Below, piece after piece: positions 1 to 11,248 of a stretch of DNA of 64,000 nucleotides. This stretch comes from Utricularia gibba. Lineage: Eukaryota > Plantae > Magnoliophyta. Under the pieces are notes generated by a model. The model saw only the letters and a list, made by a program, of their open reading frames with translations, ran no database searches and had not been told where the DNA came from. Made by a program: the position numbers and the translations under genes. Location: assembly GCA_002189035.1 (NCBI GenBank), contig CM007992.1, forward strand, positions 2,852,001-2,916,000, given 5' to 3'. Position 1 is the stretch's first letter, and every line of letters begins with the position of its first letter.

Positions 1-1269
1 CTCGCGATGGTGAATCCAGCGTGACGGATCAAATTCGGATGGCTAACTACTGGCTGGAAATTTCTCTCATGGGTAATTCATTTGTTATAAATGTCTTCAT
101 GTGTATGTTTGTTGTTTGACGTTTGATTTTTCAACACTTTACTCTTTAGTGATTTTTCCATGGTTTTTTTTTTTTCATTTTATGTTCTCTGATTCATCTG
201 TTCAATCGTAGTTTTCTCATTGAAGTACTTACTGACTTTTCTCATCCCTGTATCATGCTTCTCATGTACAACTCATGTGATGATGCCTGTTTAAAAGTAA
301 AGAGTGCGTGCTTTAGAGTCCATTGAGGCTGCAACGCTTGAACCTGTTACTGAATTTTACCGTGAGCGTGAGTTTATGTGGAAGAGATTTCTTCTGATAG
401 TAACGTTGATGTTCATGTATGTTTACAACAGAAAAAATAATTGAAATGACCAGTGTGTTTATATTCCCATAAAACAGTTCTTTTTCCTATCAGTAAAGAT
501 ATACGCAGAAAACAGTTACTAAGTTGCTTGATTCTGATTTTAATTCCGTAACGCAGAGTTTGTTTGATGCACAGAAGCCTTCTTCTTTCACATTAGGCAA
601 AGTTTATGTTGTGGATCTTATTTGTGAAAACATATCTTTCACATCCTCTATGGCTTTAGACTGATAGAATCATCATTTGAGTTCGGTTGCCTTTGCAAGT
701 CTGTGGTCACTGAGAGCTCATGTTCCATCATTGGTTTTTTATATTGTGTATATGCTGAATGTTTTGGTGTGTTTCAGCAGAATATTGTGTATATTCGATG
801 GTGGTAACTACTCTATAAAAGGTGAGACCTTTTTTAATTTTCTGCAGGGATCTTGCTATTTCTCGGATTCACAATCAACAGACTGCATTATTGTTTACGA
901 GACCTGAGTTTGAGGAGGAAACAAAGTCGAGTATTGGATGATGTTAAGCCTGCTGCATCCGAGGAATTCAAAGCACTAGAACAAGAGAGATCGAAGCTTC
1001 AAGAAAAGATAACGCAGCTTCAAATGCAGCTGGAGAAAAGGGACCATGAAGCACACCTGCTGAAAGCACAACTTCTGAAGACGGGCGGAGAGGCAAAGCA
1101 GTTGACCATACAGCTTGAAGAAAAGACCAAGGAAGCAACCTCCGCAGAAGCCAATGCATTGGCTTTGAGAAAGCAATCCGAGGGGTTTCTTCTCGAATAC
1201 GATCGGCTGCTTGAAGAAAACCAGATCCTTCGAAGGAAGCTCTTCTCTGAGAACAAGAAAGACATGTGA
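1..1269 (+). CDS. B-cell receptor-associated protein 31-like (BAP31) ER membrane protein, 3' part; exons <1-72 and 848-1269, 5' end outside the window
   Basis: Frame 3 from the window start gives RDGESSVTDQIRMANYWLEISLMG. GT donor at 73 and AG acceptor at 846-847 join in phase to ILLFLGFTINRLHYCLRDL, then a coiled coil with LLEYDRLLEENQ and a C-terminal KKxx ER-retrieval signal (KKDM). Confidence 0.85.
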
Positions 1270-1416
1270 GGTAATATTCTCTGCACCCCTTTTTTCCCTT
1301 CTACATCCTGTTTGTTTTATGTTGTGTTTACACCATCTGCGAACCAAAAACAAAAGGAACCGAGTACAGAAATTGCTTTGCTTTGTGTCCAAAGCTGGCC
1401 TAAAACGCCAAGATAC

Positions 1417-1602
1417 AAGGTTTCCTTGTTTTGGGCATAGAGTTCGCCCATTTCCTTGAACCCAGACCATGAACAAGGAAGGTTTCTTTGCTTTGGGCAT
1501 AGAGAACGCCCATGTGTAGGCCCAGTTGAGGGATAAAGTATTATATTCGTTTTCGGCTCATTTTAGAATGGGCGGCCCATGTGATATCTTAGCTTTGGGC
1601 CG
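1417..1602. promoter_or_regulatory. Cluster of site II-like (TGGGCY/RGCCCA) motifs, including a 35-bp direct repeat, upstream of the PPR gene
   Basis: aaggtttccttgttttgggcatagagttcgcccat (1417-1451) recurs as aaggtttctttgctttgggcatagagaacgcccat (1479-1513). More GGCCCA/TGGGC motifs near 1519, 1569-1579 and 1596. Site II elements are known TCP-binding promoter motifs. Confidence 0.5.
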
Positions 1603-1976
1603 GTGTACTCTTTTTCAAAACCTGAACAAAGAAAACGCCGTCGTTTTGGCGTGCTTCCAGTTCCGTCTTCATCGTCTGCAACTCCGTTCTTCATCTTCGT
1701 TTTCGCGCCGTTTCAGTAGATGGTTACATCTCCCATTCTTCTCTTTTTGCTAAATGAAGCAAGAGATATGGATGCTGAAACTATTGAAATGATGTTTTGA
1801 GAGTATTTACGTTTGAATGCTCCGGTCGATAGTGCAAGGAATTTTTGGTTTTCTAAAGATTACTGATTCACTGTGTTAACGACTTAGGCTTTGGATTCAC
1901 TAGTCCAGGGTTAAAGGAAGCAGAAGTTCTAGTAAACAGCATGATCTATTGAGATTTCGTGCTCCTATTTTGTTCG

Positions 1977-4334
1977 ATGAGAGTATCAGCTTCTCTGTGG
2001 AAAATTTCGAAGAACATCCACTTTGTTAGATTTTATGGTGTTCCTTCACTAGCGCATTTTATGCCTTATTTAGCAGATGCGGGCTCTGAGGAACAGAGTT
2101 CAGATGTGGAAAACGAGTCCAATCCATCATTTCACTCCAAAAGCAGCAACCTTTCTGAATCTCCCCAGGTGCGCTCGTCTGATGTTGTTGAGATTCTGAG
2201 AAATTTGAGAAATAAACCCTTGTCTGCACTTTCATTTTTTTACCAACTCCAGGAAGATGGATTTCAGCCTGATGTCCAGTGTTATTTGGTTATTATTAAA
2301 ATTCTTTGCCAGAGAAACCGGGATGTGAATAAGGAGTTGGATTCTTTGTTTATAGATATCGTACATTTGAAGAAACATGAATTGTGTTTTGAGATGCCGG
2401 AGTTGTTGGAAGCAATGGCAAATGAAGCTACATATGGGGGGTCAATTTCCTTGATTATTGCCTTTAGTTCCTTGGTTAAGAGCTTAGTGTCTGTAGGCAT
2501 GTTTGATAAAGCCTTTGACACTCTCCATGACATCAAAAGACATGGGATCACGCCATGCTTGTTTTCATGTAATTATTTGATTCGCATGCTGACACACCAT
2601 GGGGAAACAGATTTAGCTGTAGCTGTGTTTAGAAATATGAAGGATCTTGGTCTTTATCCTAATACATTTACCTTTGCTATTTTGGTAATAGCCTACATTC
2701 GAGATGGAAATATTGAAATGGTGTGGGAGATGTTCTTGGAGATGGAGAAAGATGGAGCTCCGAACATTGATGCATATACTTATAATGTTGTTATTCAAGG
2801 TCTTGCTCGGGAAAAGAGAATGCTACAGGCAGAAGTTGTATATCTTCGAATGCTAAAACGGGGGCTTGAAGTCAATTATCGTCCACTGATTCATGGTTAT
2901 TGTCAGTCTGGAGATATTATGAAAGCTATAACTGTTTGTGTTGAAATGGAAAAAAATGGAAGGAAAGCTGATTGTGTTATTCTCACAGACATTCTTCAAT
3001 GCTTATGCTTGAACGGCATGCCTAGAGAAGCCATACTACAGTTTAGAAGATTCAAGGCAGAAAGTAATGTTGTTGACAAAGTTGCCTACAATGTTGCAAT
3101 GGATGCCTTCTGTAAAATGGGGCGGTTGGATGATGCTTTGATGCTGTTTCAGGAGATGAGGCTTGAGAAATTGATTCCTGATCTTGTGCACTACACCACT
3201 TTGATCAATGGTTTTTTTCTCTATGGGAAGATCCTTCATGCTAAAAACATATTTCTGGAAATGAAACTAGAAGGTTTTCAGCCTGATGAAATTGCGTACG
3301 ATGTCATCGCTGGTGGAATGTCCCAGCTTGGTCATCTAGACGAAGTGTTCTGTATTTTGGATGAAATGAAATCCCAGGGTCTGACTCCAAGCTCACTGAC
3401 CCACAACAAGATAATCAAAGGTCTATGCACTGCAGGAAAAGTTGAGGAAGCTGTAAGGTATTTCAAGAACGTGTATCCAAAGAGGATAGACACCTATGCC
3501 TCCATGATTAATGGGTATTGCGAGTCTGGTAGAGCTACTGAAGGCCACGATCATTTTAATAGTCTGATAAATAGATGCGGTGTGGAAGCAGGAAGTTTAG
3601 TAAGCAAATGTGGCTTTAAACTTATGAACGCCCTTTGCGCGGAAGGTGAAAACGCCAGAGCTATTGAGCTGTTCAAGACTTTGCTCCACTTGGGCAATAA
3701 AACAGATATGATTGTTTACGGCAAACTCATTCATGCTCTTTGTTGTGCTGGTGATATGCCACGGGCGCAATGGGTATTTGATCAAATTGTCAACAGAGGA
3801 TTGCCTCCAAACGTGACCCTGTACACAATGCTGATGCATGGCTACCTTCGTGCTAACAGTCCCGAGAAGTCCATTGATCTTTTAACTGACATGAAGGCGA
3901 GGGGCATTTACCCTGACACCATTGCATACACTGTCCTGCTTGACGGCCTTTCAAAACTAAGCTCCAAAATGGCTCGATGGAAAGAGGGTGCAGAGACGAG
4001 CAATGATCTGTGTGGATTCATTTCAGACTTGTTGAACGAGATGAAGGAGCTGAATGTCCAGCCAGATCTGAAAATGTATACCGCGTTGATAGATCGAAAC
4101 TGCAAGTCCCGCAACATCAACGATGCTGTTTCTCTCTTCAATGAAATGGTGGAAGGGGCGATGATCCCTGCTGACACTGTTGCATATACTGCCCTGATGT
4201 CCGGCTACTGCACGCAGGGAAAGATGGACAAGGCCTATGGCTTGTTGAAGGAGATGATCCCCAAGGGAGTCCACCCAGACAGACGCACCCTGCTCACATT
4301 CCATCAGTGCATCAAGGGAGGTGAAATGCGGTAG
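1977..4334 (+). CDS. P-class pentatricopeptide repeat protein, intronless, probably mitochondrial (At2g26790-like)
   Basis: Uninterrupted ORF; first ATG at 1977 (MRVSASLWKIS). Many 35-aa PPR motifs (e.g. YNVAMDAFCKMGRLDDALMLFQEM, YTALMSGYCTQGKMDKAYGLLKEM); no E/DYW domain. Confidence 0.93.
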   Translation: MRVSASLWKISKNIHFVRFYGVPSLAHFMPYLADAGSEEQSSDVENESNPSFHSKSSNLSESPQVRSSDVVEILRNLRNKPLSALSFFYQLQEDGFQPDVQCYLVIIKILCQRNRDVNKELDSLFIDIVHLKKHELCFEMPELLEAMANEATYGGSISLIIAFSSLVKSLVSVGMFDKAFDTLHDIKRHGITPCLFSCNYLIRMLTHHGETDLAVAVFRNMKDLGLYPNTFTFAILVIAYIRDGNIEMVWEMFLEMEKDGAPNIDAYTYNVVIQGLAREKRMLQAEVVYLRMLKRGLEVNYRPLIHGYCQSGDIMKAITVCVEMEKNGRKADCVILTDILQCLCLNGMPREAILQFRRFKAESNVVDKVAYNVAMDAFCKMGRLDDALMLFQEMRLEKLIPDLVHYTTLINGFFLYGKILHAKNIFLEMKLEGFQPDEIAYDVIAGGMSQLGHLDEVFCILDEMKSQGLTPSSLTHNKIIKGLCTAGKVEEAVRYFKNVYPKRIDTYASMINGYCESGRATEGHDHFNSLINRCGVEAGSLVSKCGFKLMNALCAEGENARAIELFKTLLHLGNKTDMIVYGKLIHALCCAGDMPRAQWVFDQIVNRGLPPNVTLYTMLMHGYLRANSPEKSIDLLTDMKARGIYPDTIAYTVLLDGLSKLSSKMARWKEGAETSNDLCGFISDLLNEMKELNVQPDLKMYTALIDRNCKSRNINDAVSLFNEMVEGAMIPADTVAYTALMSGYCTQGKMDKAYGLLKEMIPKGVHPDRRTLLTFHQCIKGGEMR

Positions 4335-4631
4335 GTAGGCCACCAACATAGAATTTGTATACCACAATCATTGTTAGGCCGCTGGTCTTATTTTCATGGC
4401 TGCCCACAATAACGAAGACCCAACACCGTAAATACATTAGTGATACAAGAATATGTAATTTGAAATTATTATATGAAATACGGTGAAAATATGTCAATGT
4501 AAAAAATAATAATGGATACTTCCATTTGTAGATCATAAGCTGAAAAATTTATTATTTGAAAAAGATGGAGAACATCCCTAGATTATGTAGAAACATGAAC
4601 ATCAATATCCTAGAATTTGGATTTTTCTTTA

Positions 4632-4800
4632 GGGTGCGTTTGGTTGCTGGGTTTGGCCTAAACCCAGGTTTAATTTATTTGGGTTTAGGGAACCCGATTT
4701 TGTGGGTTTAATCTTTGTAAATTGTGTTTGGTTGATGGGTTTACATTATTTGAGTTTAAATGAACCCACGTTTGGTAGGTGGGTATAAAATTAGGTTTAT
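4632..4800. mobile_element. Possible left terminus of a PIF/Harbinger-type non-autonomous element
   Basis: TTA followed by GGGTGCGTTTGGTTG, typical of plant PIF/Harbinger MITE ends, with internal TGTTTGGTTG/CGTTTGGTAG repeats. No matching right TIR found. Confidence 0.3.
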
Positions 4801-5577
4801 ACATAATTTTCATGGGAATTTACTAATATAGCCTTTCATACTTGTCCACCGACTTTCACACCGACTTTACCAATCAGACATATTCCTCTTTATTACCATT
4901 AGTTTTCCCCCTTCGTCCACCGACTTTCACACTCGATTGTCGCGGTGCTGCCGATCGACAAGATCTCTCAATTTCACAAGTAATTGAGAGTGAAGAGCCA
5001 TGGGTTAAGTCTAGATTGTATACTCCCTTCGTTGCGCAGAGTTTCTCGTTTGAAATCCATTGAATTTTGAGTGAATTTTACGGTTTACTTGTATGCGTCT
5101 AAGATTAAGCTTTCTTTAGTTTCTATCACTACTGATTCATATTGCATTATGTATTCAGTGTTGATTGTGGTGAACAGTGGGTTAGTCTACATGCATTTGA
5201 TATTTAGATCTACCTGTTTTATGTTTAGTTCTTGCTGCCAGTGGAATCTCTTAGGAGCATTTGAAGTTTGAGACAGTAATGACATAATTTCATCCAAAGT
5301 TGTTCCTTCCCTCATGTATTGGATTTGCATCTTATGCATCGTTTAGGGTCAATTCTTTCTTAGTTGTCGTAGGAACTATGCAAAGTAGATTGTGGTGATT
5401 GGTGTCAAGGAGATGTATAGAATTCCAACATAAGATTTGTATATTCTTATTATAATAAATAATAATATATTCAGAAATGAAGATAAAATAATCAAATATA
5501 TAAAAAATATAAATAATTAATAATTGATTAAACCTATATTTTATTATGTGATTCATATTTATTATATATTTGAATTT

Positions 5578-5729
5578 TGTTGAAAATAATACTTAATTGT
5601 ATTATGATATTTGTATTTTATATCATATAAATTGTAAGAAAGACTAATGTAAAGTTAGTCTTGATTGTTATTATTCTAACCTTGTGTTTCTATTTCATCA
5701 TTTTTGTCAATTTATCCATGAATTCAACA
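5578..5729 (+). repeat. 5' LTR of the Copia element
   Basis: Starts TGTTGAAAATAAT, ends ATTCAACA; aligns by eye to 9348-9501 with many substitutions. Confidence 0.88.
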
Positions 5730-5747
5730 TGGTGTCAGAAGTGGAAT
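5730..5747 (+). other. Primer binding site complementary to the tRNA-Leu 3' end
   Basis: TGGTGTCAGAAGTGGAAT directly after the LTR. The remembered plant tRNA-Leu(CAA) 3' end ...CCCACTTCTGACA-CCA predicts TGGTGTCAGAAGTGGG. Confidence 0.7.
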
Positions 5748-7130
5748 AACCTTGAATATTGTCGTTTTCAATTTAGAAAAGTGTTACTCTTTTTGAAGGT
5801 AAAAAGCTTCAATTTTTATTTTCAAAGATCTTAATCTTATGATTTTTATTGTTATGGCTTCGAATTTGCTTGTTTTAAACCTATGGGGGCAAGTTGTTTA
5901 ATTGAAACATACCACCATTAATTATATTATATAAAAAAATTTGATGTTTACATTTTTGACCAATCATAAACATATCGATTACATCAATAATTCTATTTCT
6001 ATTCTTAAGAAAATCATCACAACAATCGATTCAATTTCTAAAGTTACATTTGAAGGTGTTAACCCTAAATTTGAAGATTGGGTTGCCAACAATGTACAAG
6101 TTCTTTACTGAATCAAATCAAATTTATCTAAGGAAATATTGTTGCAAGTATTGAATCTTTGCACTTTTGTAGAATTCTGAAATTTTTTGAAGAAAACCTA
6201 CTTGATTCATAGTGAATCTAAAGTCATGCAACTGAAGTGATCATTCTCTACGATCAAACACAGTGATAAGCAAAGCATCACAATTTTTTACAATGAAGTG
6301 AAAAGTTTGTGAGATCAATTGGAGTCAATTAATGATAGCATGAAATCAAGAGATAAAATCATGTATTTTATAGAAGGATTGTTGAATTGTTATCAATGAT
6401 TGGTTACTACTTTACATGATCAAGAATCAATGTCTTCTTTTTATTGTATTTTACCTATGTTTCTTATATATGAGCAGAGATTTAAGACCCGAAATAAGTT
6501 ATCTTTACCAAGTATCGTTCTTGATGAATCTGCTATTCTAGCAATGCAATGACCACAGTGGTGGTCAACGTTGATGTTTCAAAAGTAATTTTTAAGGCAA
6601 CTTTCAGCATCAAAATCCTTTGTTTTCCACTGGAAATCAACCTTATCATGGTGGAATTCATTCAGATTACTCATGTTTTCATGCAAAGTTATGGTGGCTA
6701 GATGGCTGAGGTGGACAACCACCTATTATTTTTCAAATTTAATCTTGTGGAAGTCACTTTACTGTGAATTATTATAATTGTTATGAGTAACAAATTTATA
6801 ATGTAAATTATGCGAATTTGCAACATAGAGAAGATTATGGACATCTTGGAACTCGAGTCCATAAACATTTTAAAAATTGTAGTTCATGCAATTTTTATAA
6901 CTATCCAACTCATCAAAATTTTCTAAATTCGGTTGCTTCCTTTGTTCTACAACAGTCTTCGACTCCACACATCTCGATTGATAATGTTGTTCTGATGCAT
7001 TGTATAAATTTAAATAGAAGTTATGGCTTTGTTGAAGTTTATGTGGATCACTCAATGTTTATTTATCAAAAGTAGGGGGAGCTTGTTATTCTACTTCTCT
7101 ATTTTGATGATATGTTGATTACAGAGAGTT

Positions 7131-8402
7131 TGTTAAGTGTTCTTTTCTAAGTATTTATTATATATTATTAAATGCTAATTAAGTATTAAATCGCTCAATT
7201 TAGAATTTATATTGATAGGTATTTAATTTTATTAGAAAAATCCTATTTTGTATTTTGTACATATTTTGTTGTTTTTTTCGTGCACTTTTATTCAAAATGT
7301 CAAGAGTTAGGTTTAGAGTATTGTAAGAAACTTGCAGGAAACTAGACATTGATGTTTTGTGCCTTATATGTGACTTGGGTCAATTTTGAATGGAATACTG
7401 ACACTAGTTAGGACCCCTGACTTATGGCATGTTATAGTCAACATCAATGATTGGATGCTTACTTGCACGTATGAGAAAGGCGTTGGTGCACGCAAGACAG
7501 AAAGAATGATGAAAGAGGAGTAGAATAAGTTAATACACGTAGGAAGTAAATTAAAACAAACTTGTAACACTATCTTTTGGACTTTTTTCACACTTTGTTC
7601 TTACACTTAGAACTTTTGATTCTTCTTCTCTACCAAGGAAGGAAGAACACTTTAACTTTTCATTTTTCGTTTTCTGTTTTCATGTCCATTCGTGGCTAAA
7701 CTCTTTCAGTTTTTGAAAATACATGAAGTTTCTTTCCAAATCTTGAGCGTCAATCTCAGTTCTTTACTGAATTCATTCCAGATTTTACATACTTCCACGC
7801 GTCTTGTTACAGTCATTCTGTAACGTCTTCTAGTCACGATCCATGAGTAGTAGGTCACTTCTTATGGATTTTGATGAAGAGCAGGGTGAAGAGTACCATC
7901 TTCAATACTATCGGTTCGAGGAAAATAGTGAATTGTTTTTTATCGAGGTGTCTCGATAGTGGATGGGTAGTGACCTCGTACCCACCACTGATCAATGGCA
8001 ACAACTAGGCATACGTGTGTAATTCGATTTTGAAGGCAATCGATGACAATCCTCTTGTCTTCTCAATCATCCAAAAGGAAATCACATGAGGCTATTCTCG
8101 TGGCTCCTTGTCAATCAAAGTGCAAGGGAGAATAGACTATTTCTTGCTCCTATAACCAATTATTCGAGATGAAATGGAATCCAATTTACAGGAATTACTC
8201 CCCTTAGTGAAAATCCATTACTTACGTTATATCTTTTATTTTTGTACTTCAAAAACCTTCTTTTACAAACCCGTAATAATTTGTAAAAGTTTGTACAAAA
8301 TAATTTTCAAAACTCAACTTCCTGAAATTGACACTCATACTACGCTTTATTATGTTTTACGCTTTTCTAAATTAAAATTTATTGAGAAAATGACACACAA
8401 CA
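7131..8402. mobile_element. Solo LTR (1272 bp) of a different retrotransposon family, inserted in the Copia RT
   Basis: TGTT...AACA termini; 5-bp TSD GAGTT/AAGTT (4/5). Removing it restores the RT frame DDMLITESSTI*ADHIKQMLNSKFKM. No coding content. Confidence 0.82.
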
Positions 8403-9347
8403 AAGTTCAACCATTTGAGCTGATCATATCAAACAAATGTTGAATTCAAAGTTTAAAATGTCTGATCTTGGAGAGTTGAAGTATTTTCTTGGCCTAGAAA
8501 GTACTCGATCAAAGCCAGCCATGCACTTGAATCGAAAAAAATATGCTTCAAATTTACTGAAAAAAACCGAGATGATGGACTGTAAAATGATTATCATCCC
8601 AACAGTTGTGTCTATGGATAATTTTGATAATTCTAAAGGGTTAATGGCGAGTTCTAGTGTGTTTCAATCTTTGGTAGAAGGCCTCTAGTATCTGACATTT
8701 TTCTAACTTGATATCACTTATAGTGTAAATCATGTCTTTCAATTTATGTATAAGTCATATTAGAAGTCTTTTAATCAATTGAAACAGATTTTATTTCATG
8801 TCAAAAGAACTATATATGATGGATTAGTTTTATATTGTGAAAATCCAGAGTTTCTCTCTTTGAATTTTTTGTAGGCATATTGTGACTCATATTGGGCAAC
8901 AAATTCGATTAGCCATCTATTTGTATGTGATTTCTAGATCTATTTTGATAGTAATTTGATAGCTTGGAAAAGTAGGAATTAGAAACTATAGCTCGTTCTT
9001 CTAATGAGGTTGAGTATAGATGGCTTTGACCTAGATTGTTGCAGAGATGATTTGGTTATGAAGACTTCTTTATTTTTTTGATGGGTTACAGTGACAAGTC
9101 ACGAGTATACTGTGATAATAAGAGTGTCATGGCTATTGCCATGAATCCAATTTTCATTGACAAGACCAAACATGTATAAATTGATCATCATTTTATTTGA
9201 GAATGCATTGAGGATGGTAAATTGAGTTTACACTATATAAATTATAAAAATCAATATGTAGACATCTTTGTGCAAGGATTGCAACGACCTCGATTGAATA
9301 TTTGAAAAACAAACTTTGCAAATTTGGTATGCATGTTTGAGGGGAAG

Positions 9348-9501
9348 TGTTGGAAATAATGTTTAATTTTATTATTATATTTGTATTTTATATCATATAA
9401 ATAATGAAAAAACATAATGTAAAATTAATCTTGACTGTTGTTATTCCAATCTTGTGTATCTCTGTTTTATTTTTTTTGTTGATTTATCTACAAATTCAAC
9501 A
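9348..9501 (+). repeat. 3' LTR of the Copia element
   Basis: Follows the PPT; TGTTGGAAATAAT...ATTCAACA, homologous to 5578-5729. Confidence 0.88.
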
Positions 9502-10102
9502 GGTTTCAGGTGTGCTCAACTAACCCATCGAATCTTTAATTTTGTATGGTATTAATGAATTTGTCTTGTAACATAGCTTACATGGTTAAGATAATAAGTT
9601 TTTTATTGATATGAATTTCAGTTAAAAAAAACAAGATGCATTGTATTTAATCGATAAAATTAAATTAATTTATGACTTAAACACTATTTACAATCATAAA
9701 AAAGTTTTAATTGCATTAAAAAATAAATTCAACTTGAAAGTAAGTATTAAAATAATTAAAACTGAAATAATCAATTATATAAAAAATTATAAATTATTAT
9801 AAATTGATTAATATCTATATTTATTATATAATTGTGCTTCACATATTCGTCAAACCTAAGTGTTCCTTAATTTAAACAATTATGAGTTTTCTCTTAATAT
9901 TTTTACTGTTGCCTGCAACTCTCCCAAGAGATGATCGTTGAGCAGTGAAAGTTTAAACTCCTGTAATCCCTTCCCATTTGCCCCAGCTGAACCAGCTCTA
10001 GATAGATTGACAAACCCATGTCGTTACATAGTAGCATCTGTTAGAGATTCCGATCGATGGACAGAAAAGATGCAACGGAACACCCTCAGTCAAAATCAAA
10101 AC

Positions 10103-10330
10103 TCACTCAACTGCGGAATGGGTCGTCTTCTTCTTGCACTTGCTTTTCAGCCACTTGATTCCCTTTGATGACCCATTTCCAACCCTTTGCAACCCAGTGA
10201 TGGCCTTATCAAGTCGAGACGTCGGGGCCGCTGTCTTTTCCTCAGCCGTACCTTCGTTCTTCGCGTCAGGGATCACGCCAAACCCTCCTTCTCCCCATTG
10301 ATCTGCCCAGCTTGTGCCCTCTGCAGCCAT
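10103..10330 (-). CDS. Small (75 aa) plant protein of the SWADQW...KWLK type, function unknown
   Basis: ATG at 10330 gives MAAEGTSWADQWGEGGFG...GSSKGIKWLKSKCKKK. This matches a remembered plant small-protein family with an N-terminal WADQW and a basic C-terminal KW(V/L)K. Probable 5'-UTR intron ~10348-10467. Confidence 0.72.
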   Translation of the reverse strand: MAAEGTSWADQWGEGGFGVIPDAKNEGTAEEKTAAPTSRLDKAITGLQRVGNGSSKGIKWLKSKCKKKTTHSAVE

Positions 10331-11248
10331 TGTTGATAAGTTTGCCTGGGAAAAAAACACAGGGATTGGATCTGTGGAGAGGATGATGAAGAAGGCAGAG
10401 AAACTTGAAAGGAAGTAGGCATGTGGGTAAGCTGTCCCTTGGGAGCCGTTGACATAAAAACACCTACTTGCCAGCTCACTGTTTTTTTTTTTTTTTGTGT
10501 TTTTAGCAACAAAAATAAAAGTATAGAATTGTGTGTTTTTTTTATCAGTAATTTTTTTATTTAAATAAAGTTATATATATCTGGCTATATTTCAAAATTT
10601 GAGAAACAAAGCTTAACCTAAAGCACGCAATAAATTAATTATCTATTCATGTTAACTTAGTGTATCAAAAATATTGGTTTTTTGTATTTATATTTATTAA
10701 TAGCTTATAAATTATACGTTATCAAGTAGTTCTAATGAAGAGCATACAATTTGTGTTTGATTTAATTGTAATTTACAAATAGGATAAAATTTAATTTAGA
10801 AGATTAATTTTTTAATGATATACTTATATAAAAATTCTCTACATTAAATGAAATTCAAATATTTCATTAAAATGTGTAAGAAATATTATTTTTAAAAATA
10901 CTGAGAGATCATAAAAAATAATATTTCTTTATTCATATTAATTCAAATTTTCAATTGTGATATCTTTTTAATGTCAACTCATATACAAACAAAACATTAT
11001 ATTTATTGTTTTATTAGTTCTCTACAATATCCCCTACATCCTAGAGATACACTCCTTGTAAGTAAGCTGTAAAAAAAATGAAAAATGAAACCATGGGATG
11101 ATGCTAATTGCGCATGTTGCATTTTTTGTGAGTCCTGCAGGTGAGAAGCTGTTAGAACACAGGGAAGTCATTGTAAGAAAGCTGCAGGTTCTGTAGAGTG
11201 TCTCTATAAAACCTAGTCACCTCATCAGTATTTCATCACTCACTGAAA

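Larger units (their letters stand above)
5578..9501 (+). mobile_element. Degenerate Ty1/Copia LTR retrotransposon with short (~153 bp) LTRs, internally deleted, Ale-like
   Basis: LTRs 5578-5729 and 9348-9501 (TGTTG...CAACA). PBS at 5730; PPT GAGGGGAAG at 9339-9347. Gag remnant ~6050-6500; RT LLLYFDDMLIT ~7090-7125 continuing as KQMLNSKFKMSDLGELKYFLGLE at ~8431; RNase H remnants 8870-9300. Many stops and frameshifts. TSD degenerate (AATTT/GGTTT). Confidence 0.9.

Noticed and set aside
2282-4367. Several antisense ORFs inside the P-class PPR gene
   Set aside because: Shadow ORFs of a long coding frame; no recognisable motifs.
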